From the NCBI RefSeq assembly GCF_006345805.1, contig NC_043002.1, positions 1 through 64,000 of the forward strand: a DNA stretch of 64,000 bases, written 5' to 3'. The position numbers and the translations under genes are program-made. Positions 1 through 10,699 of the stretch are shown here, one piece after another. The number at the start of each line of letters is the position of its first letter. Positions within the stretch are counted from its first letter, which is position 1. Below the pieces are notes generated by a model that saw only the letters and a list, made by a program, of their open reading frames with translations, was not told the DNA's origin and made no database searches. The DNA is from Octopus sinensis. Its lineage: Eukaryota.

Positions 1-410
1 GGCCCTTAGATTCATCAGTAAGGAATAGCCAAATCGGAACAGATATTTTTCACGAGGCATTCACGTCCATGCCTCGCCAATATCTGACCTAAAATTTTCA
101 AATCGTCGCACTCGCGCCAAATTTATCGGCAGCAAATAAATATAAGCCGCCGATTCCATTACGGAACTAACCAGAAAATTCATAATTAATCAATATAGGG
201 AGGCAAAAAAATTTTGTAGAATTCTTTTGCCCCCAGCGGCCTAGTGGGAAAAATAAATAGTCATAAACCATTTTTAAATTCAATATCACAATCAAGGAAC
301 GGCCATAATAGGCCATTCACCCACTAGAAATAACAGCCAAAAAGCTTCAACCGCAAAATAACATTAATTCTGTAAACCAGGAGAAAATTAAAAAAAACAT
401 TTACCCTGAA

Positions 411-516
411 ATTCCTTATACGATGCACCGTTTCGTCTACTGTTAATGGTAAACTAACCTGATTAAATTAAATCAAGCCAATCTACCATAGGCCCTTAGA
501 TTCATCAGTAAGGAAT
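411..516 (-). ncRNA. Type I hammerhead ribozyme motif (complete core)
   Basis: Minus strand reads ATTCCTTA-CTGATGA-[stem II, 67 nt]-GAAA-CGG TGCA TCG-TA-TAAGGAAT: 8-bp stem I, conserved CUGAUGA/GAAA core and GUA cleavage triplet. The 10.1-11.1 pair is A-C instead of G-C. Confidence 0.8.
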
Positions 517-1415
517 AGCCAAATCGGAAAAGATATTTTTCACGAGGCATTCACGTCCATGCCTCGCCAATATCTGACCTAAAATTTTCAAATCGTCGCA
601 CTCGCGCCAAATTTATCGGCAGCAAATAAATATAAGCCGCCGATTCCATTACGGAACTAACCAGAAAATTCATAATTAATCAATATAGGGAGGCAAAAAA
701 ATTTTGTAGAATTCTTTTGCCCCCAGCAGCCTAGTGGGAAAAAATTAAATAGTCATAAACCATTTTTAAATTCAATATCACAATCAAGGAACGGCCATAA
801 TAGGCCATTCACCCACTAGAAATAACAGCCAAAAAGCTTCAACCGCAAAATAACATTAATTCTGTAAACCAGGAGAAAATTAAAAAAAACATTTACCCTG
901 AAATTCCTTATACGATGCACCGTTTCGTCTACTGTTTAATGGTAAACTAACCTATGGTAGGTTGGCTTGATTTAATTTAATCAGGTTAGTTTACCATTAA
1001 ACAGTAGACGAAACGGTGCATCGTATAAGGAATTTCAGGGTAAATGTTTTTTTTAATTTTCTCCTGGTTTACAGAATTAATGTTATTTTGCGGTTGAAGC
1101 TTTTTGGCTGTTATTTCTAGTGGGTGAATGGCCTATTATGGCCGTTCCTTGATTGTGATATTGAATTTAAAAATGGTTTATGACTATTTAATTTTTTCCC
1201 ACTAGGCCGCTGGGGGCAAAAGAATTCTACAAAATTTTTTTGCCTCTCTATATTGATTAATTATGAATTTTCTGGTTAGTTCCGTAATGGAATCGGCGGC
1301 TTATATTTATTTGCTGCCGATAAATTTGGCGCGAGTGCGACGATTTGTTTTAGGTCAGATATTGGCGAGGCATGGACGTGAATGCCTCGTGAAAAATATC
1401 TTTTCCGATTTGGCT

Positions 1416-1522
1416 ATTCCTTACTGATGAATCTAAGGGCCTATGGTAGATTGGCTTGATTTAATTTAATCAGGTTAGTTTACCATTAAACAGTAGACGA
1501 AACGGTGCATCATATAAGGAAT
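1416..1522 (+). ncRNA. Type I hammerhead ribozyme motif (variant with AUA triplet)
   Basis: ATTCCTTA 1416-1423, CTGATGA 1424-1430, GAAA 1499-1502, ATA 1512-1514 (G16.2->A), TAAGGAAT 1515-1522. Confidence 0.72.
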
Positions 1523-1687
1523 TTCAGGGTAAATGTTTTTTTTAATTTTCTCCTGGTTTACAGAATTAATGTTATTTTGCGGTTGAAGCTTTTTGGCTGT
1601 TATTTCTAGTGGGTGAATGGCCTATTATGGCCGTTCCTTGATTGTGATATTGAATTTAAAAATGGTTTATGACTATTTAATTTTTTC

Positions 1688-2700
1688 CCACGATCACAAG
1701 TTATGCAGATGATACAAAAGTTTCACAGGCAATACAGAACCCTGAGGACACTAAACACCTGCAATGTGAGCTGGACGAAATATACAAGTGGGCTGAAAAG
1801 AATAGCATGCAGTTCAATGCTGGAAAGTTTCAAGCTTTATACTATCAGCATGCAAAACTGAATGCAATACCCAATGAATACACTGGACCCGGAGGGATTG
1901 CAATCCCAGAGGCACAATCAGTGCGTGACCTGGGTATTCACATGAGTGATGACGCGACCTTTCATGTACATGTTGCTAAACTGACAATGAAATGTAGACG
2001 GCTGGCTGGATGGATTCTTAGAACCTTTAGAACGAGAACAAAAAACCATGATGGTCCTCTGGAAGACACTTGTCCTAAGCCACTTTGACTATTGCTCTCA
2101 GCTATGGTCACCATCCAGTGTCAAGTTGATCACAGAACTTGAGGCGATCCAACGAAGCTACACAAAGAAGATAGCCTCTATGCAGAATGTAAGCTACTGG
2201 GAAAGACTCAAGAGATTAAAATTATATTCTCTGGAGCGTAGGCGGGAAAGATATGCCATAATATACATCTGGAAGATCCTGGAGGGAAGTGTCCTGAACT
2301 TTGGCATCGAGAGTTACGCAAATGCCAGAACTGGGCGCCACTGCGTGGTGCCTAGGACTCCAAACCTGCCATCAAGATGTAGGACAAGATTCTGTGATAG
2401 CCTGGGCTTCCGAGGCCCACAGCTCTTCAATATCCTCCCGAAGAACCTGAGAGACCTGCATGGGGTGGATACAGATGTCTTTAAAATGAAGCTGGATCTC
2501 TTCCTGTCAGGTGTCCCAGATGAACCAACTTCACGGCAGGAGGGGCAGATGAGGGCAGCTGCATCGAACTCTCTCATGCACCAAATAGCAGTTGCTAGAA
2601 AGCCTCCATGAAGTGAAACCAAGTAGCAACACCAAATGGCGTTGCCCCAGCATGGCCACAGCTCATAAGCTGAAACTAGAATCATCAATCAATCAATCAT
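1688..2700 (+). mobile_element. 5'-truncated CR1/L2-group LINE (family A), RT C-terminal part and 3' UTR
   Basis: YADDTK motif at ~1700. ORFs 1807..2088 and 2048..2611 (HFDYCSQLWSP, SLERRRERY) with a frameshift at ~2040. (ATCA)n tail. 4-nt CCAC microhomology at the 5' junction. Confidence 0.9.
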
Positions 2701-2766
2701 ATGTATATATTATATATATATGTATATATATGTATATATATATATATATTATATATATATATATAT

Positions 2767-2819
<53 letters not shown>

Positions 2820-2860
2820 GTATATATATAGTATATATATATATATGTATATATATATGT

Positions 2861-2893
<33 letters not shown>

Positions 2894-3099
2894 GTATTAT
2901 ATATGTATATATATGTATATTGTATATGTATATGTATATGTATATGTTATATATATATTATATATATATGTATATGTATATGTATGTATATGTATGTATA
3001 TGTATATATATATGTATATGTATATGTATATGTATATATATGTATATGTATATGTATATGTATGTATATGTATATATATATGTATATGTATGTATATGT

Positions 3100-3141
<42 letters not shown>

Positions 3142-3412
3142 ATGTATATGTATATATATATGTATATGTATATGTATGTATATATATATATATGTATATG
3201 TATATAATATTATATATGTATATGTATATGTATATGTAATATATATATATATATATGTGTATATATATATGTATATATATTATATATATATATTTATATA
3301 TATTGTATATATATATATATATAATATATATATATTATATATATATATGTATATATATATATGTTATATATATATATATATTTATATATATATGTTATAT
3401 ATATATATATTG

Positions 3413-3443
<31 letters not shown>

Positions 3444-3599
3444 TTATATATATATGTATATATATTTATATATATGTGTGTATATATTATATATTTATAT
3501 ATATTGTATATATATTTATATATGTGTGTATATATATATATATTATATATATATGTATATATATTTATATATATGTGTGTATATATATATATAATATAT

Positions 3600-3640
<41 letters not shown>
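2701..3640. repeat. (TA)n/(TATG)n compound microsatellite
   Basis: Direct reading of the sequence. Confidence 0.98.
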
Positions 3641-3642
<2 letters not shown>

Positions 3643-5144
3643 CTTAGAAAGGTTTTGGCCAGTATTGGCCCAGGCCATGTCTAACTTAATAGCACCACCT
3701 GGTGAAGTCTTTCAGTTCACATTTGGGCACCAAGGCCCATTCGAGCAGAGAGTTATTGTTTGCGGAGACATATCCGGGTGTGGGTGGTTTGTCCGGTACT
3801 GTTTGAAGGAATTTGTCCAAAGACTTCTTGAATTTTGTGTGGTCAGTTTCTTTTTTGACGTGCCCTGGTGTAATGTTGAAGAGAGCAGGTCCAATTGAGG
3901 TGAAATAGTTGTGCCGTATTGTCGTTATGTGATGTGATTTAGATTTTTGTTGTGGACGGATGGCACGTGGTCCAAGCCTTGGATGCATTTTGAAGGTGAT
4001 GCCAACATCATTCGGACAGTGCTGGTGGAATATTTACCACATCATACAGATAATGTAGCGTTCACGGCGTCGTTGGAGTGAATACAATTTCAGCTTCTCT
4101 AGTCTACCCCAGTAGTCAAGGTCTGACATGCCATCTATCTTTTTTGTGATTGACCTTTGGGGAGCTTCAATTCTCATAATATTTTGTTTTGTGTAGGGAG
4201 ACCACAGTGGACAGCAGTATTCAAGGTGGGGTTGGGCAAAAGTGGAGAAGAGAAGGATAATAGCGTGGGAATCTCTCGACTGGAAGGTTCTGAGTATCCA
4301 GGAACACATTCTGCGGGCCATGTCAACTTTGCTGCTTATATGTGTAGCCCAGCTTATGTTGTTGTCCACTGTTACTCCCAGGTCTCTGATGTTGTTGGAT
4401 GCCATGAGAATTTCTCCAGAAGGAAGAGGGTATGGGAGTTTCAGAGCGTCCTCCCTTCCAAAGTGGATCAGTTCAATTTGTCTTCATTTAGCAACATTTT
4501 ATTCTTTTCCGCCCATTGGACACAGCCAGTAGGTCTGACTGAAGGTTTATTCGGTCATCCACGCCATTGATGACCTTCTGGAGCTTGGAGTCATCAGCGA
4601 AGGTTCTGATGTTACTGTGTTTGATGGTATCAGTAATATCATTTATGTAGATGATGAAGAGAAGTGGGCCCAACACAGTGCCTTGTGGGACACCACTGCT
4701 GACTTTGGCTGGGCTGGATTTGACTCCTTCGACTACAACATGTTGGGTTCTGTTAGAGAGGAAGCACTTGATCCACTGCAGCAACTTTCCAGTGACACCA
4801 ATATTGGACAGCTTTCTCAGAAGGATCTTATGATCAACCCTGTCAAAGGCCTTGCTGAAATCAAGGTAGATGACATCAGTGTTGGAACCTTCTCCCAAGG
4901 CTCTCAAAATGTCATCAAAATGATGCAGTAGCTGCGTCAGGCAATCTCTCCCATTACGGAATCCATGCTGGTTGGGGTTCAGCATATTATGCCTCTCAAG
5001 GAAGTGAGTCATACGTGATCTCAGCACCCCCTCAAATACCTTGATGATATGAGAGGTGAGTGAGATTGGACGGTAATTCACGACAAGCGATTTGTTTCCT
5101 TTTTTGAAAACTGGGACAACAGACTGGGATAGAAGGTCCTCTGG
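3641..5144 (-). mobile_element. 5'-truncated CR1/L2-group LINE (family B), frameshifted RT
   Basis: ORFs 4488..5081 (NYRPISL, LDFSKAFD, GVPQGTVLGP, FADDSK), 4034..4405 and 3686..3988. Confidence 0.92.
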
Positions 5145-5190
5145 TATATATCCATATATATATATGTATATATATATATATATGTATGTA

Positions 5191-5249
5191 TTCTTTATTT
5201 AAAGCAGCAGAAAATTCAACAAAACCTGATACTCTGAGTTTCCCGTTGC

Positions 5250-5253
<4 letters not shown>
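5191..5253 (-). mobile_element. Fragment of a hammerhead-bearing Penelope-like repeat (same family as 10778-10930)
   Basis: Matches 10778-10830. Minus strand reads ...AACGG-GAAA-CTCAGA-GTA-TCAGGTTTTG; the 5' half of the core is lost in (TA)n. Confidence 0.6.
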
Positions 5254-5293
<40 letters not shown>

Positions 5294-5430
5294 ATGTATA
5301 TATATATGTATATATGTGTGTATATATATGTGTATGTATATATATATGTATATGTGTGTATATATATATGTGTGTATATATATATGTGTATATATATATA
5401 TGTATGTATATATATTTATTATTATTTATT

Positions 5431-8400
5431 TGTCTAGTTTCAGCTCACAAGCTGTGGCCATGCTGGGGCACTGCCATTTGGTGTTGCTACATGATTTTAC
5501 TTCACGAATGCTTTTTAGCAATTGCCATTTGGTGCATGAGAGAGTTCGATGCAGCTGCCCTCATCTGCACCTCCTGCAGTGAAGTTGGTTCATCTGGGAC
5601 ACCTGACAGGAAGAGATCCAGCTCCATTTTAAAGACATCTGTATCCACCCCATGCAGGTTTCTTAGGTTCTTCGGGAGGATATTGAAGAGCTGTGCGCCT
5701 CGGAAGCCCAGGCTATCACAGTATCTTGTCCTACATCTTGATGGCAAATTTGGAGTCCTAGGCACCACGCAGTGGCGCCCAGTTCTGGCATTTGCGTAAC
5801 TCTCGATGCCAAAGTTCAGGACACTTCCCTCCAGGATCTTCCAGATGTATATTATGGCATATCTTTCCCGCCTACGCTCCAGGGAATATAATTTTAATCT
5901 CTTGAGTCTTTCCCAGTAGCTTACATTCTGCATAGAGGCTATCTTCTTTGTGTAGCTTCGTTGGATCGCCTCAAGTTCTGTGATCAACTTGACACTGGAT
6001 GGTGACCATAGCTGAGAGCAATAGTCAAAGTGGCTTAGGACAAGTGTCTTCCAGAGGATCATCATGGTTTCTTGTTCTCTTGTTCTAAAGGTTCTAAGAA
6101 TCCAGCCAGCCAGCCGTCTACATTTCATTGTCAGTTTAGCAATATGTACATGAAAGGTCGCGTCATCACTCATGTGAATACCCAGGTCACGCACTGATTG
6201 TGCCTCTGGGATTGCAGTCCCTCCAGGTCCAGTGTATTCATTGAGTATTGTATTCAGTTTTGCATGCTGATAGTATAAAGCTTGAAACTTTTCAGCATTG
6301 AACTGCATGCTATTCTTTTCAGCCCACTTGTATATTTCGTCCAGCTCACATTGCAGGTGCTTAGTGTCTTCAGGGTTCTGTATTGCCTGTGAAACTTTTG
6401 TATCATCTGCATAACTTGTGATCGTGGCTCTCTGCGTGGCTGAGGGCATGTCTGAGAGGGCCAGTAGTGGTCCCAAAACAGTGCCCTGCGGAATACCGCT
6501 CGCTATTTGCGTATTAGTGGAAGTGGCACCATTGGCTACTACCACCTGACTTCTATCCTTCAGAAAGTCATGAAACCATTCTCCCAATTTTCCAACTATG
6601 CCAAGATCACGCAGTTTGTGACATATCATTTCATGATCGACTTTATCAAAAGCATTTGCAAACCATTTGAGTGGTTGAGCAGTCGTTTCAGCACCCAGTC
6701 ATAGTGTTGTAGGAGCTGAGTTAAGCAGCTTCTTCCTGGTCAGAAACCATGTTGGGTGTCAGGCAGCAAGTTATTTTCTTCAAGGAAGGTGATTAGTTTT
6801 CTTCTGACTATTCGTTCCATGACTTTGCTGATGTGTGAGGTCAGAGAGATAGGTCTGTAGTTCTTGGCCTCCGCTCTGTTACCTCCTTTATGAATAGGGC
6901 ATATTTTACCTTCCTTCAGTTTTCTTGGAAGTTTGCCAGCTGCAAGGAAGCTCTGAAAGAGGAACTGTAGTGGTCTTGCTAGGACTCTCTTACATACTTT
7001 TAGAAGGATTGCTGGGAATCCATCTGGGCCAGTAACTGAGTTTGTTTTCATTTCATCAATAGCCTTTATTACATCGTCTTCCTTTATATCGATGTAATTT
7101 ATCGTCGCCGCCTCTGATTTTATATCTGCAGTGGTAAAGAAGTCAGTTGGATTGCTGACTTGAAAATGCCCAAGGGGTTGAGTGAAAACACTCTTGAATT
7201 GCTCATTTAGTATTTCACTTACGCTCATTGGATTTCCTGTGAATGCACCATCCTTTTCAAGGAGTGGCCCTATCCTACAGTGCACCGTAGCTGTTTCTTT
7301 GGCATACCTGTAGAAAGCTCTGGGGTTAGATTTTATGTTGTCTATAGCCCAGGCTTCTTTGTCTGCTCTTTCTTTTTCATGAGAGAGTTGCAGACATTTT
7401 TCAATTTCCAACAGTTTTATTTTCAGGCGGGACTTTTCACTGCTTTCAATTTGTTTGTTTAGGCGATTTGAAAATTTTGTACGCCGTCTCATTAGAATTT
7501 TCCTCTCTCTGGGGATTTTGTTCTTGTGTACAGTGGCCTTTCTCTCTGGGACACATTTGTAGCATATGGCTTGCATTACAGACATGAATTGTTAAGTTTC
7601 ATGTCGATGTCTGGCGAGGAGAGACATTCAGGCCAGTTTTGTTTGAGGATCTCTTTCTCAATTTGTTTCCAGTTTGCCTTATGGAAGTTCAAGCTGGAAA
7701 GATTCTGAGAGTTTCTTGTAGACTGCATGTCCATGCTTTCCTTTGGCCCGTATATGGTCAACTCTACCATGTTGTGATCCGAGAATAGTGTTGGTGTTAC
7801 TTTCACATTATGGATGAGATCCATATTATTTGTGAAGCAGAGATCCAGTATGTTACCTGCCCTGGTTGGTTGGAGTATTATTTGCTCCATGTACAGAGTA
7901 TTGATGAGGTTCAGGAGGGACCTCGCCTGTCCTTGTTCACATCGTGTCATTCCTGGGAGAGAAAGGCCCTCGGGCCATCTGACATTGGGCAGATTGAAGT
8001 TTCCTATAAGAAGTACACTTATGTGTTGTTCTAATGTGACTAGGGCTTATTCTATTTTTGTAAGGCAGTCTTCAAACTTGCCTACATGGCTTGGGGCATC
8101 TGGAGGGCGATATGTAGCACATATAACTACACCAAGTTGCCTTATATGTACAATTAGTGTGTCACACACCGAATTTGAGTATGACAAAAGGACCTGGGGT
8201 GTGAGGTCCTCGCGGATGTACATGGCAACTCCACCATGACTCCTTTGTTTTCTGTCGGTCTTTAATACAACATACTGTGGTATGTGTATTTCTGCATCTG
8301 CTATGTCCGGTTTCAGGTGTGTTTCCGTAAGTGCTATGCATAAGGCTGGATTGCATGCAACAAGGTCTGTCGAGAAAGGGATTTTTGTCCTGTTACTGAG

Positions 8401-8468
8401 TGTTAGCAGTCCTCTGATGTTCAGTAGGAGCATCGAGGTGATGTGTATGCTGTTGCCAGTGGTGTCCA

Positions 8469-8469
<1 letters not shown>
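5431..8469 (-). mobile_element. CR1/L2-group LINE (family A), near-complete disrupted ORF2 (APE endonuclease + RT)
   Basis: APE motifs (NIRGL, LTETHL, GGVAMY, YRPP) in 8047..8544. RT in 6740..7585 and 5502..6629 (YADDTK). The 3' tail matches 2630-2680. Confidence 0.95.
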
Positions 8470-8520
<51 letters not shown>

Positions 8521-8523
<3 letters not shown>

Positions 8524-8890
8524 AATATTAGGGAATAAATCCAAATTTACAGGGAAAAAAAATCAGATTTAGGATTAAATCCAATTTTATAGTAAAATAT
8601 TATAAAATATTATTAGAGACAAAACCACTATTTTGCAAAACAAACAAGGAAAGACTTAATCATACATAAAATTTTAATAAATAGTCAAAAAAACCGCCAC
8701 TACAATCGTTTCTTGTCTTGACTTCATAATTTGAAACTGACTTATTGGAAGTCCACCTGAAGATTGTCGATCAAGACAAGAAACGATTGTAGTGGCGGTT
8801 TTTTTGACTATTTATTAAAATTTTATGTATTGATTAAGTCTTTCCTTGTTTGTTTTGCAAAATAGTGGTTTTGTCTCTAATAATATTTTA

Positions 8891-8891
<1 letters not shown>
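8521..8891. mobile_element. Foldback (hairpin) Penelope-like relic with minimal hammerhead on +
   Basis: ~120-bp inverted arms at 8600-8721 and 8770-8891. CCAC-CTGAAGA-TTGTC(GATCAA)GACAA-GAAA-C(GATT)G-TA-GTGG at 8753-8795. Confidence 0.8.
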
Positions 8892-8928
<37 letters not shown>

Positions 8929-9555
8929 ACGTTAGGTCTCACCATGGAAATGACTAGAGACCGAGACCTATGGAAGTATGCTGTGCGTGAGAAGACCCGG
9001 CAAGACTAGTGAAGCCATAACCCGTGGCCCCTACTTGGGACGTAGTCAGTCCACCTGTGCATACCTTCCTTCTTGTGACACTTGTGAAGACCTGTTGAGG
9101 CAAGTGAAAATCAAATCAAACCAAATCAAAATAGATGAACATCAATGGAATTTGTATCCTTGTGGTACCAGTGCCGGTGGCACATAAGAAAACCATCCGA
9201 GCGTGACCGTAGCCAGTACCGCATTGACTGGCCTCCGTGCTGTGGGCACGTAACAAACACCATCTGATCGTGGCCGTTCGCCAGCCTCGTCTGGCACCTG
9301 TGTCGGTGGCACATAAGAAAACACCATCCGAGCGTGGTCGTCTGCCAGCCTCGTCTGGCACCTGTGTCGGTGGCACATAAAACCACCCACTACACTCTCA
9401 GAGTGGTAGGCGTTAGGAAGGGCATCCAGCTGTAGAAACACTGCCAGATCTGACTGGCCTGGTGCAGCCTTCGGGCTTGCCAGAACCCAGTTGAACCATC
9501 CAACCCATGCTAGCATGGAGAACGGACGTTAAACGATGATGATGATGATGATGAT
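8929..9555 (+). mobile_element. RTE LINE 3' end (5'-truncated) with (GAT)n tail
   Basis: Encodes ...LGLTMEMTRDRDLWKYAVREK, matching the C-terminus of 12304..12930. Ends ttaaacgatgatgat. Confidence 0.9.
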
Positions 9556-9561
9556 GTGTAT

Positions 9562-9614
<53 letters not shown>

Positions 9615-9617
9615 ATA

Positions 9618-9980
9618 ATAAATATTAGGGAATAAATCCAAATTTACAGGGAAAAAAAATCAGATTTAGGATTAAATCCAATTTTATAGTAAAATATTAT
9701 AAAATATTATTAGAGACAAAACCACTATTTTGCAAAACAAACAAGGAAAGACTTAATCAATACATAAAATTTTAATAAATAGTCAAAAAAACCGCCACTA
9801 CAATCGTTTCTTGTCTTGACTTCATAATTTGAAACTGACTTATTGGAAGTCCACCTGAAGATTGTCGATCAAGACAAGAAACGATTGTAGTGGCGGTTTT
9901 TTTGACTATTTATTAAAATTTTATGTATTGATTAAGTCTTTCCTTGTTTGTTTTGCAAAATAGTGGTTTTGTCTCTAATA

Positions 9981-10025
<45 letters not shown>

Positions 10026-10656
10026 CGTTAGGTCTCACCATGGAAATGACTAGAGACCGAGACCTATGGAAGTATGCTGTGCGTGAGAAGACCCGCAAGA
10101 CTAGTGAAGCCATAACCCGTGGCCCCTACTTGGGACGTAGTCAGTCCACCTGTGCATACCTTCCTTCTTGTGACACTTGTGAAGACCTGTTGAGGCAAGT
10201 GAAAATCAAATCAAACCAAATCAAAATAGATGAACATCAATGGAATTTGTATCCTTGTGGTACCAGTGCCGGTGGCACATAAGAAAACCATCCGAGCGTG
10301 ACCGTAGCCAGTACCGCATTGACTGGCCTCCGTGCTGTGGGCACGTAACAAACACCATCTGATCGTGGCCGTTCGCCAGCCTCGTCTGGCACCTGTGTCG
10401 GTGGCACATAAGAAAACACCATCCGAGCGTGGTCGTCTGCCAGCCTCGTCTGGCACCTGTGTCGGTGGCACATAAAACCACCCACTACACTCTCAGAGTG
10501 GTAGGCGTTAGGAAGGGCATCCAGCTGTAGAAACACTGCCAGATCTGACTGGCCTGGTGCAGCCTTCGGGCTTGCCAGAACCCAGTTGAACCATCCAACC
10601 CATGCTAGCATGGAGAACGGACGTTAAACGATGATGATGATGATGATGATGTGTAT

Positions 10657-10680
<24 letters not shown>
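9618..10680. repeat. Second copy of a ~1,096-bp tandem duplication (hairpin/hammerhead + RTE tail)
   Basis: Near-identical to 8521-9617, differing only by single-base indels and (TA)n length. Hammerhead at 9851-9893. Confidence 0.95.
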
Positions 10681-10688
<8 letters not shown>

Positions 10689-10699
10689 GTATACATATA

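Larger units (their letters stand above)
1..1691. repeat. ~490-bp tandem repeat array (retrozyme/Penelope pLTR-like) inverted at 951-953
   Basis: ggcccttagattcatcag recurs at 1 and 491. From 954 the same unit continues as its reverse complement (cctatggtag at 951 and 1440). The array is cut at 1691 by a LINE. Confidence 0.95.

Noticed and set aside
2592-3898. Long Tyr/Ile/Met/Val-rich ORFs (also 50848-53835)
   Set aside because: These are translations of (TA)n/(TATG)n microsatellites that happen to lack stop codons; there is no splice or domain evidence.
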